From the sequence record PV662128.1: 64,000 nucleotides of DNA; one strand, given 5' to 3'. The notes under the pieces were generated by a model that saw only the letters and a list, made by a program, of their open reading frames with translations, had not been told where the DNA came from and did no database searches. The position numbers and the translations under genes are program-made. This document shows positions 17,807 to 26,711 of this stretch, piece after piece. The first letter of the stretch is position 1. Every line of letters starts with the position of its first letter.

Positions 17807-19909
17807 ATGAAACGGAGCTTAAAGATGACTGAGACTTTTTTAAGTCCGTTTGTTGATGACGATTACAGTGCCGATAGGAATATCGTTAAACACTATCATG
17901 AACAAATGGCTTTGTATCTTGGTAAAAAGCGCAATGAAGATCCTAAAGCTATTTACGAGGTACTCTCCAAACATATCCAACCTAATCAAAACGGTTACAA
18001 AGATCGTCGTATGCAGGTTTTAGTAAAAAACAAGTACGGCGATAGAGAAGTTAAAGTCATGACGGCGTCTAATTTCTTTAATGAAGTTAGACGTCATAAC
18101 TGCCATCTTAGTCCCAGTATGGTTGCTTACAAGAACACTGAAGAAGAGCAATCCGTTAACGCGATAGGAACAGAAAAATTTCTTAGCCTTCGGTCTCACT
18201 ATAAGGGGTTAAAACAAAAGGCCAGTGACGAAGGTGATGAATGGGGTAAGAAGGCTTTCCACGAAATTCAAAACGCCTTGAAAATATTCAACAACGCCCA
18301 ATCAGGCGCAATGTCATCCCGTGGGACTCCTCTTGTTAATAAGTCAGGTCATACTGCTCTGACTAGTGCTTGCCGTGCTTTGACCAGTACCGCTAACATG
18401 TGTAATGAAAAGTTATTGGTCGGTAACCGATTCTTTAACTCGTACGAGCGAACGATGGAGAACTTACTGTCGTTACTCTCGGTCACTGACATTAAGCGAA
18501 TGGACGAAGTCATCAAGAAACTGAAGATGAACTACGCGACCATAGACCAGGTTATGGAAATGGTCAAACGTTGTTCTCGTCGCTATTGGAGAGATGCGAA
18601 ACAGCTCGGTTATATTAAAGAGTTTTTGGAGCAACTCCGTCCGGTTGAATTAACCGCTTTGCTTTGCAATATGGATATTGAGGGATTGAGGGTTACGAAT
18701 AAAGAAATCCTTTATCAGCTCTTTGACGATTTCTCTTATATCCCCGAAGTTCCAGAAGGTGCTAAGGCTGAAGATTATACTCCGCCTGATAACGGAGACC
18801 GATACACGCTTTGTGTTTCTAAACTCTTAGCGAAACCAAGCAAAGTTCAGTTAAACTTTTTAAATCAGTATCATCTGGAAATAGAACATAAATGGAGGGA
18901 CTTTATTGAAGTCTTCTTTAAATGCTCCATTCCTCCATCAGGCATTTATGAGATCAGGGACATGATCCGAGAGGTGGTTCAAACCTCAGATACCGATTCC
19001 TCGATTTACACCGTAGATAAAGTCGTAGAGGATTACACCGACGAAAAAGGACAATCGTTGAGATTGAATGGGGTTCTTACTTACTTCATTCGAATGATAG
19101 CGGTTCATCAGCACGCTCAGTTAAGTGAAAATATGAACGTTGCTAAACGCTATCGTAATCGCCTGACGATGAAGAACGAATACCTATTTGGAGGATACGT
19201 TACGACATTAATGTCAAAACACTATTTTGCCACACAGTTGATGGTAGAAGGGGTATTGAATAAAAATGTTGAAATGGAAATCAAGGGTGTTCACTTGAGG
19301 AGTTCTAAAGTAGCTCATGAAATAAAGGATTTCGCACACAAACTCATGAGGGAGATATTGGACTGTATCTATGACAAACGTCAAATGGATGCAGCCGATA
19401 TTCTCTTTAGAGCAGCAGAGTTAGAAAGGGCCATCATTAAGGATATCAACGAAGGTCAATGGGGTTGGTTAACACGCAACACGATAAAGAGTGACGACGT
19501 GTACACATTGCCGGATCAATCAGTGTATCAATACCACTTACTATGGGAGGAAGTTTTTTCTCCTAAATACGGGCATGCCCCACCACCGCCTTATGCTGCG
19601 ATGAAAGTAAACCTCGATTTAGGAAATAAGGGTAAGGTTGAAGAGTTCTGTAAGGATCTCGAAGACAGAGAACTTGCAAATCGTTTATTGGATTTCTTCG
19701 TTAGGAAAGAGAAAAAAGAAATTAGTACGTTCTTTGTTCCTGCTGATGTATTACCGAGATTAGGTAAATTACCCGATGAAGTTATTAAAGCCGCCGATAT
19801 CCGACAGATCATTAAACAGAACTTAAAATCCGTTTATGCCGTGTTGGAAGCTTGCGGACTCTATATTGTTAATGACAAAATAACTCGATTAATCAGTGAC
19901 GAGCATTAA
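17807..19909 (+). CDS. Split family-B DNA polymerase, catalytic subunit (phiKZ gp50-like)
   Basis: Motif B-like KIFNNAQSG, motif C SDTDS, EIKGVHLRSS; no exonuclease domain or motif A. Confidence 0.85.
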   Translation: MKRSLKMTETFLSPFVDDDYSADRNIVKHYHEQMALYLGKKRNEDPKAIYEVLSKHIQPNQNGYKDRRMQVLVKNKYGDREVKVMTASNFFNEVRRHNCHLSPSMVAYKNTEEEQSVNAIGTEKFLSLRSHYKGLKQKASDEGDEWGKKAFHEIQNALKIFNNAQSGAMSSRGTPLVNKSGHTALTSACRALTSTANMCNEKLLVGNRFFNSYERTMENLLSLLSVTDIKRMDEVIKKLKMNYATIDQVMEMVKRCSRRYWRDAKQLGYIKEFLEQLRPVELTALLCNMDIEGLRVTNKEILYQLFDDFSYIPEVPEGAKAEDYTPPDNGDRYTLCVSKLLAKPSKVQLNFLNQYHLEIEHKWRDFIEVFFKCSIPPSGIYEIRDMIREVVQTSDTDSSIYTVDKVVEDYTDEKGQSLRLNGVLTYFIRMIAVHQHAQLSENMNVAKRYRNRLTMKNEYLFGGYVTTLMSKHYFATQLMVEGVLNKNVEMEIKGVHLRSSKVAHEIKDFAHKLMREILDCIYDKRQMDAADILFRAAELERAIIKDINEGQWGWLTRNTIKSDDVYTLPDQSVYQYHLLWEEVFSPKYGHAPPPPYAAMKVNLDLGNKGKVEEFCKDLEDRELANRLLDFFVRKEKKEISTFFVPADVLPRLGKLPDEVIKAADIRQIIKQNLKSVYAVLEACGLYIVNDKITRLISDEH

Positions 19910-19912
19910 ACT

Positions 19913-19945
19913 CTACTCCTACTCCCAATAAGGGAGTAGGAGTAG
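19913..19945. terminator. Bidirectional terminator/palindrome with the same arms as 52640-52669
   Basis: ctactcctactccc-aataa-gggagtaggagtag. Confidence 0.8.
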
Positions 19946-19955
19946 TTATTATGTT

Positions 19956-20951
19956 TTAAAGGGGAGAGCAACTCTTAATAGTTTTAGCAATAGAAGAAAT
20001 CGTATCCATAAACTCGTTCGTGTTACTTATAATGCTTGAACAAAGTTTAAGAATATTCTTAAGTCCATCGATAAAGGGTTTGTCCAATTGTTTATCCAAA
20101 TCATTCCCTTTGTTCATTTCTTCTTCTAATTTATGAATTTTCTTTTCAAGATCAGATTTAGACGATTTGATATTTTCTAAGTTATTCGAAATGGCGTTAA
20201 TGTATGATGCAGAATGTGACAAGAATGTGGAAGCCGAGTTGAGGTCTTTAATTCCGGCCGCTTCCTTTTTAGCTTGAACCATTCCGTTTAAAACGGGTTG
20301 GGAGCCCTGAACTAACGCAGATATTTTTCTACTGATGGTCTCCCCGTACCCTTCCGGAGTAATGGCTGGAGATTCCACTTTCTTAATTTTTTCAAGCTGA
20401 TCTAAAAAGCCGGCATGAAGAGATTCAAGTTTTTTGCTTTGCTTATCAAAAGAGCTTGACTGTTCCGCATTAAATTCAAAAACTTTCTTAGCGACTTCTT
20501 TTACACTGGCGGCCGGAACAACGTTAATCCCATTACGTTTAAGGATGTTCCTTAATTCTTCCTTTCGCTGTGCTGCCTGCTGACCTGTTCTTGACGAGAT
20601 CTTTTCGACCATTGCGTTAGCTTGAGCCAGAGTCATCTCCGGAGGAGACTGGACTTCTTTAATCGTATCTTGGGCTTCTTTAACCTCTGTTTTAACCGCT
20701 TCAACTTTCTTCTTAGAAGATCCCCCGAATAACCAATCGAAGATCTTTTTAAACATCCCTTTAATGTACTCCCAAGCTTTCTTTATTCCGTCGGAGACGG
20801 TATCTACAAACCCTTCGTTGCCAGAAACAAACATATTACTGGGTTCGTTAGCCCAGAGTACACCGCCTAAGTAACGCGAAGCGTACGTTTCATTCCCGCT
20901 AATGCGGTCATACAACCCGTTGAAAACGAGTTCAATGTGATCGTTGTTCAT
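19956..20951 (-). CDS. Putative internal head (ejected) protein, paralogue of 51859..52632
   Basis: Two SGNE sites fitting the S/A/G-x-E prohead protease motif, then an amphipathic helix KKAWEYIK; coiled-coil body. Confidence 0.65.
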   Translation of the reverse strand: MNNDHIELVFNGLYDRISGNETYASRYLGGVLWANEPSNMFVSGNEGFVDTVSDGIKKAWEYIKGMFKKIFDWLFGGSSKKKVEAVKTEVKEAQDTIKEVQSPPEMTLAQANAMVEKISSRTGQQAAQRKEELRNILKRNGINVVPAASVKEVAKKVFEFNAEQSSSFDKQSKKLESLHAGFLDQLEKIKKVESPAITPEGYGETISRKISALVQGSQPVLNGMVQAKKEAAGIKDLNSASTFLSHSASYINAISNNLENIKSSKSDLEKKIHKLEEEMNKGNDLDKQLDKPFIDGLKNILKLCSSIISNTNEFMDTISSIAKTIKSCSPL

Positions 20952-20960
20952 TTAGTTTTC

Positions 20961-22073
20961 CTATTTAGATAATTTATTTTGTTTCAACATGGCGGTGACT
21001 TGTTCTAAGTATTGTACTTGCAACGGTCCTGGAATGAAATGCTTAATCATTCCTTTGATATCTTGTCTAGCCCAAACATCGATATGACCATTGATCGTCC
21101 CCATTGCGTTAAAGCTTTTATTATTGAGTGCTAAACTGAGCGTTAATAACTTCATTATTGGGAATTGCCAAATGGCGTTTGTTTGACTATATCGATTGTA
21201 TCTCTTCGCATCTACAATGAGAGGGCTGACATCCATCGTCATAAAGTCGCCTATTCTCTGTATGACGTGTTCAGGAGAATAGCTCGGTGTTAGCGTTAAA
21301 GTCTCGACCAGGAAGGTCAGGAATCCTTTGAGTAATTCACCCACTGGATTGATATTGAACTCCCCCTTGACTACCGTTAATTGGTCGTCGATACTTTCCC
21401 CACTAACCACGACGTTATACAACGAATTGAATACACTTAATTGATGTTGCAAACACCTTGCGTTGATTAGAGGCGTGCCAGCTAAATAACGATGAGGACC
21501 TAATCCAGTTTCCGATCCTTCGGCTAATCTCTCGTTAAGGTAACGCCAATAACCTATACCCAAAGCCGTGATATCCACCCCTATTACTGCGAACCCACCA
21601 TAATTCATCGGGTCGTTTTTGAGCGAGGTGGTGTTAGTGTAACGGATGTCTGTATCGGTACTAATCAATGGGATAATGCTGCAGATGTCTCTTTCGTCTA
21701 AATCGAAATAATCATCAAGGTTATCTTTAGCCGGATAAGAGACCAACATTTCAGTCAACCCATTCCCGTACATCACGTTTTGTTTTACGACGCCTTTATT
21801 GTATATAGACGTGATTCCGATGGTGGACGCCCAGCTATCTACCTGCATTTCGATCATTGCTTTAAGGTAAGCTGGATCCCATTCTGCCTGAATGTTCATC
21901 AATGAAAGCAACTGAACTAAAGGATGTTGGTTCTGTAAAACGTAGGTGGTGTTGTCGTTCCGTGCTATCCACTGATTACGATTAAAATCCAAGATACGTA
22001 TTACATTACTGAGCCTACCATATTTATAGACGGCAGGACGATGATCGGTTGTTATTAATTTTAAAGGTTTCAT
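20961..22073 (-). CDS. Conserved hypothetical protein divergent from chmA
   Basis: 370-aa ORF, AGGA RBS, syntenic position between polymerase and chimallin. Confidence 0.7.
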   Translation of the reverse strand: MKPLKLITTDHRPAVYKYGRLSNVIRILDFNRNQWIARNDNTTYVLQNQHPLVQLLSLMNIQAEWDPAYLKAMIEMQVDSWASTIGITSIYNKGVVKQNVMYGNGLTEMLVSYPAKDNLDDYFDLDERDICSIIPLISTDTDIRYTNTTSLKNDPMNYGGFAVIGVDITALGIGYWRYLNERLAEGSETGLGPHRYLAGTPLINARCLQHQLSVFNSLYNVVVSGESIDDQLTVVKGEFNINPVGELLKGFLTFLVETLTLTPSYSPEHVIQRIGDFMTMDVSPLIVDAKRYNRYSQTNAIWQFPIMKLLTLSLALNNKSFNAMGTINGHIDVWARQDIKGMIKHFIPGPLQVQYLEQVTAMLKQNKLSK

Positions 22074-22231
22074 TGTAGTCCTGTTAGTAACTCAGTATTA
22101 TGTTATTACATATATCTATTATATGTAAACAAATACACCTCTCCGAAAGGAGGGGAGACCAATGCCGCGGAGTAGAAATCCGTTAAGCATAAAATCGATC
22201 AGTTTTTACCACCCCTAAATAATTTCAGACC

Positions 22232-22247
22232 GATATTATTTAGGTAG
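22232..22247 (+). promoter_or_regulatory. Promoter-like motif upstream of chmA
   Basis: AAAT-N11-GATATTAT-N5-GTA. Confidence 0.5.
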
Positions 22248-22331
22248 ATAAACAACACAAATGTTTATCTGTTTTGATCAAACTAAATAACATCCCCTTT
22301 ATAAAAAGCTAATAGCTATTAGGAGTTAAGA

Positions 22332-24344
22332 ATGTCCGACAATCAAAATGGCAACAACTGGGAACAAACCGTCCTGAACACCGCTGCTGGTAAAGGAGAG
22401 CCGATCGTCTCTGCTTCTGCCGAGAATTTCGGTTCTCAGCTGCTCGGTCTGCTCGGCCAGGCTTCTCTTCTGGGTTCTTCCAAGAACGTACCGGAAGTAG
22501 AAGAAACCGCAACTCTGATCAAGAAACGCGTAACCGATCTGAAAAACGGTACTCCGGGCGAAACCCAGAAGAAGATCCTGCCGGAAGTGAACATCATCAC
22601 CAAACCGATCATCTCTGCGCTGCCGGGCATCGTGCTCTCCCTGCACATGAGCAACAACCCTGCGGTATACGTCATGCCGGTGCTGTTCTCTAACCGTCAC
22701 CTGACCAATACCCTGGAAGAGATCCAGATCGACAACGGCGCCAACCAACAGCGCAAAATGTCCATGCCGTTTACCCCGGATTCCTACGCTCGTGCTGATC
22801 TGTTCGAACAGATCAAAATGCACTACAAAGCGATGCTCCAGGATAAAGGTGTGAGCGAATGCGTGATCATCAACGTGATGGTTATCGACCTGGAACAGAT
22901 CGTCGGCGACGATATCCTGAATCAGGGCAAATCGCCGCTGCTGCGTGATGAAATCATGCGTAGCTGGGAACAGGGTCTGATGGTACAGATCGCGAAAATC
23001 GCAGCCAACCAGCCGAAAGCGTCTCTGCCTTCTCCGTTCTCTGCGACCGGTGGCAAAGCCTATGGTCAGCACGGTAATGCGATTGCTCGCGTTGAACCGA
23101 TCCGCGGTCAGTACGTTAACGAAGGCCTGTTGTCTCCGGCGAACCTGACCATCCGCATGCAAACTGCTAACCACAACGGTTATCAGGGTAATGCGGAACA
23201 GTCCCGTGAAATCGTCAACACCTACGCGACCGTTAGCCTGATGGGTTCTCCGATCCAGCAGTTCAACCCGCAGCTGACCGGTAACATCCCGCAGCCGTAC
23301 CTGCAGACCCCGAACGGCCGTCCTCAGGGCTACACCCCGCTGCAGCCGGTGGTTATTATGAACCACGCTAAAGCTGGCGAAGTGCTGGGCGACGCAACGG
23401 GTCTGTCGACCTACTTCATGGGTCTGTTCTCTCTGATGGCGACCAACAGCAACTACCTGTTCGCTGAAGGTCTGCGTTCTAAGAACGTAGGTTCTCGTGG
23501 CTCCCTGCCGGATATGGAACATCGTATCCGTCAAATGGAAATGGGCTTGCCGCCGCGCACTAAGGGTACTGAGATGACCGACGCTAAACTGTCGGATATC
23601 GATTTCACCACTAACTGGCTCCGTAACAACGTCGGTCCTAAAGCGGTATTCGCTGCAGACCTGATTCAGTTCGGCCCGGATGCGGCAATCTCCAACTTCC
23701 TGTTCAACCTCACCTCCGGTGCGAAAGACTACAGCAAATGCGTGAAAACCGTTATTGCTATCGTCGACTCCATCTCTGGTGATGCGAAAGCCATGTCTGC
23801 GGTTATCGCAGAAAACCAGGCCAACAACAACGCCAACGGCGGATGGGTTCCAGGTAAACCGGTTCTGCACGTTTCTAACGCGCTGATCCCGGTCGGTACT
23901 GCTGTACTGGATAACAAACGCATCGCGCTCGGCGAAGTGGACGAGATGTTCCTGTCCAAGCACTACAAAGATCAGATCACCCCGATGAACCAGTACCTGG
24001 AAAACATGTACGGGTCTAACCCGAACGTTCCGGAAAAACTGCGTCGCTATAACCTGCTCATCCAGCTGTCCACCATCTTCTCTGAAGGTGTAAACCTGTT
24101 CGGCTTCGCTCGTCGTTGCTACTGGGATCCGCTGTTCATGGATGCGTTCACCAAAGCGATGAACACCATCGGTTCTCTGCAGGTTACTGGCTCCATGGGT
24201 CAGTTCGCTGCTAACGTTCAGGTCTTCGCTCCTGGTCAGCAGTATGTTTCTCAGGCGACTGCTGGTAACTCCGGTGGTGTGGTTCTGGGTAATGGCATGA
24301 TGCTGGGTGCAGGTGGCGGTCTGGTGTTTGGTCCGTCCTACTAA
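22332..24344 (+). CDS. chmA: Chimallin, major nuclear shell protein
   Basis: 670 aa, extreme highly-expressed codon bias, directly upstream of nvRNAP beta-prime as in phiKZ gp54/gp55, Gly-rich C-tail. Assigned mainly by synteny and size. Confidence 0.8.
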   Translation: MSDNQNGNNWEQTVLNTAAGKGEPIVSASAENFGSQLLGLLGQASLLGSSKNVPEVEETATLIKKRVTDLKNGTPGETQKKILPEVNIITKPIISALPGIVLSLHMSNNPAVYVMPVLFSNRHLTNTLEEIQIDNGANQQRKMSMPFTPDSYARADLFEQIKMHYKAMLQDKGVSECVIINVMVIDLEQIVGDDILNQGKSPLLRDEIMRSWEQGLMVQIAKIAANQPKASLPSPFSATGGKAYGQHGNAIARVEPIRGQYVNEGLLSPANLTIRMQTANHNGYQGNAEQSREIVNTYATVSLMGSPIQQFNPQLTGNIPQPYLQTPNGRPQGYTPLQPVVIMNHAKAGEVLGDATGLSTYFMGLFSLMATNSNYLFAEGLRSKNVGSRGSLPDMEHRIRQMEMGLPPRTKGTEMTDAKLSDIDFTTNWLRNNVGPKAVFAADLIQFGPDAAISNFLFNLTSGAKDYSKCVKTVIAIVDSISGDAKAMSAVIAENQANNNANGGWVPGKPVLHVSNALIPVGTAVLDNKRIALGEVDEMFLSKHYKDQITPMNQYLENMYGSNPNVPEKLRRYNLLIQLSTIFSEGVNLFGFARRCYWDPLFMDAFTKAMNTIGSLQVTGSMGQFAANVQVFAPGQQYVSQATAGNSGGVVLGNGMMLGAGGGLVFGPSY

Positions 24345-24368
24345 GAGTTCGGCTGTAAGCTCACTAAA

Positions 24369-24397
24369 GGAGGAGGCGGAAGCCTCCTCCCTTTTTT
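24369..24397 (+). terminator. Intrinsic terminator after chmA
   Basis: ggaggaggc-ggaa-gcctcctcc plus T tract. Confidence 0.85.
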
Positions 24398-24415
24398 ATG
24401 CATTTCATTTTTTGA

Positions 24416-25834
24416 GTGAACGGAGACGTTATGGATCAGTACGGCGATCGTATTATTGATGCATTAACAGCGCCTGAATTTTCATCGTTGCAACCAGAGG
24501 CTCAGTTTAAAACTTACGCCAAACAATACGGCGGCGATCTTTCTGACGATAAACGTTTTTATGAGCCGCTATATCCCGACTTCACTGACTATAACCGTTT
24601 GCATGATACCGCTAAGGTTGATCCGGTTTACCTGAACGATTTCGATTTTTGTTTGGAAGAAGACCGAGAACGAATCGCATCCTTAATTCGTATGGACTTC
24701 AACACCGACACATTCGAAACCGTGGCGAGATGTAGTTGTGGTCACTTGAAGGGCAACTATTTGTTGGGTCAGAAGAGATCGTGCCCCATATGTCAATCCC
24801 TTGTAGAGAAAGTCGTGGAGACTTCCTTAGATACTAAGGTGTGGGTCAGGGTTCCAGAAGGCGTGGTTGCATTTATCAGCCCGGCTTATTACAAAACCTT
24901 CTTATCGAAGATCGCGACCAATTCTCCAAAGATTGAGATCGTGACTTGGCTCATTGATCCGTCTTATCGTCGGGGTAGTCGAGCACAACATACTGAGTCG
25001 GGTCGTCGCATGTTGGCTGAACTCGATAAACTCGGAATAGTCCCTGGGCTTAATAGCTTTATACTGAACGCGGACAAATTCATGGAACACTTCCTTGTTG
25101 GTGAAGGAAGAGGCGCTGTGAGCATGAAACCAGCTGACGGTAAAAAGCATTTGGATAAGTATTACGAATATCGTCATCTTATCTTCCCGCGCTATTTGTC
25201 GGTACCCAATAAACTCGCTACCATCATCGAGCAAGATGGTAAAGATAAGTACGTTTCTTCAACCCAATTGAAAACCTCGGCAATCTACCAATCTATTGCG
25301 GATACGAGAGATTCTACTGAGTTTTATAAATGTACGATTAAGGATCTTAAAGAGAACGCTGATATCGTCGGGAAGGCGATAGTTCGATTAGGTAAACAGA
25401 ACTCTGATAACTATAAGAGTCAGCTGTTTGCTAAATCGAGCCTGATACGTAAACACGTCATCGCGGGATCGTTATCTTTATCAGGTCGTGGTGTTATCAC
25501 GTCAACGACCGGATTGCATGATGCTGGTGTTGCTAAGATACCTTGGATCATGGCAGTAGCTATGCTGAAGAAACACATCCTGGGATATCTTTACCGTTTA
25601 GGGTACAGTCCCCTGAGAGCTGAAAGTGTAATCAGTACAGCTGCGCACCAGGTCGTCCCGGTTATCGATCAATTCTTTACCAAGCACGAAAAGCAAAAAG
25701 ACATTGTCTGCATTTTAGGAAGAAACCCATCAATTCAGTACCTGTCAGCAAAAGCCTTCTTTATGTCGATCAACCGAGATTTAGAAGACGAATCGATAAA
25801 CTTACCGATACTCTCAGTTAAAACCTTCAATGCT
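24416..25834 (+). CDS. nvRNAP beta-prime N-terminal subunit (phiKZ gp55-like), exon 1
   Basis: Zn finger CSCG..CPIC, RKHVIAG, GRNPS; the frame reaches FNA of the NADFDGD motif and then runs into intron sequence. Confidence 0.88.
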
Positions 25835-26199
25835 AAACATATTGGCCCAGTAGACGCGAAAGCTCTGCTGCGTACTCTCTCTAATTGCTGGAAACTCCTA
25901 AAGCTCGTTCACCTCGTATAGAGGGGTCGAAAGACAGAAACAACGAACGAGATATCTCACGCTAACCAATAATGCTAAAAGATAAATAATGGGTTACCTA
26001 GCAGCGAACCCTACCTCGGTAGGAGACGTTCAACGACTAGAGCTGAAATGCTCGTAGGATCCTAGTGTGGATCCGAAATGGGAGAGGACCTAAGTTTGAC
26101 AGTAGTCAAATATGGTTAAGATATAGTCTGTGCCCTCAGGAAATCTGAGGGAGGGTGTCTCAGCACACCTGCTCCATATGGAACGGAGTGGACAATCAG
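25835..26199 (+). ncRNA. Group I intron 1 (IA2-like), no ORF
   Basis: 5' exon ends in U; P AAUUGCUGGAAA 25883-25894; Q UAGCAG; R GUUCAACGACUAG 26028-26040; P7.1 and P7.2 hairpins; S AAGAUAUAGUCU 26118-26129; P9 hairpins; terminal G 26199. Confidence 0.92.
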
Positions 26200-26211
26200 G
26201 ATTTTGACGGT
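26200..26211 (+). CDS. nvRNAP beta-prime micro-exon 2 (12 nt, DFDG)
   Basis: gat ttt gac ggt supplies exactly the missing residues of NA-DFDG-D. Confidence 0.88.
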
Positions 26212-26522
26212 AAACGTATTGCCGCCTAGCTTAGTAATGAGTTAGTGAATAAGTGCGGAATGAAGCGTAGAAGCTGAAATGCCGATGCGAACCGAAGGAC
26301 TAAGAGTAACGTCTTAGCCAGGGGCAGAGCGTAGGAGATGAAACCATTTATGGAATATAATTCTCCCAAGAGGCCGCACCACGATGAGTATTGATCTCAT
26401 CCGCTCTATTAGAGCGCCTATCGTGAACGAGGGTGAAAACGTACGCCACACAATCCGAATAGAAAGGGTTGAGCTAAGAGATAAAAAACTCTTAGGCGAA
26501 TAGATTTTTATTCGTAATGATG
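26212..26522 (+). ncRNA. Group I intron 2 (IA-like with variant P7), no ORF
   Basis: P1 GACGGU/GCCGCC with U.G at the splice site; P10 GUAUU/GAUAC; P3 GUGCGG 26253-26258 / CCGCAC 26374-26379; P7 GCGUA 26329-26333 / UACGC 26442-26446; terminal G 26522. Confidence 0.85.
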
Positions 26523-26711
26523 GATACCATGTACTGTTATGTATTGAGTGATTTGAAAGGTAAGGCCAAAGCGTATGGGTCGTTCGGTCATCAGTCCATG
26601 CTTGATGAAAACGAACCATTTACAATAAGTCGATTTGCTGATCAAACTTCAACGAATTTGATGAACCTCAACAACATGATGAGAGGAACACCAATCAATG
26701 AATGCGGCTGA
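26523..26711 (+). CDS. nvRNAP beta-prime exon 3
   Basis: Begins D-T-M-Y, completing NADFDGD; continues KAKAYGSFGH...TNLMNLN; spliced product 539 aa from the 24416 start. Confidence 0.85.
   Translation, partial: DTMYCYVLSDLKGKAKAYGSFGHQSMLDENEPFTISRFADQTSTNLMNLNNMMRGTPINECG

Noticed and set aside
22326-23963. 545-aa minus-strand ORF antisense to chmA
   Set aside because: Shadow frame produced by the extreme codon bias of chmA; no recognisable motifs or RBS.
25835-25921. C-terminal KHIGPVDAK...LVHLV of the track ORF 24416..25921 and the stand-alone 64-aa ORF at 26517
   Set aside because: Read-through into intron 1 and exon 3 of the spliced gene, respectively; not independent proteins.
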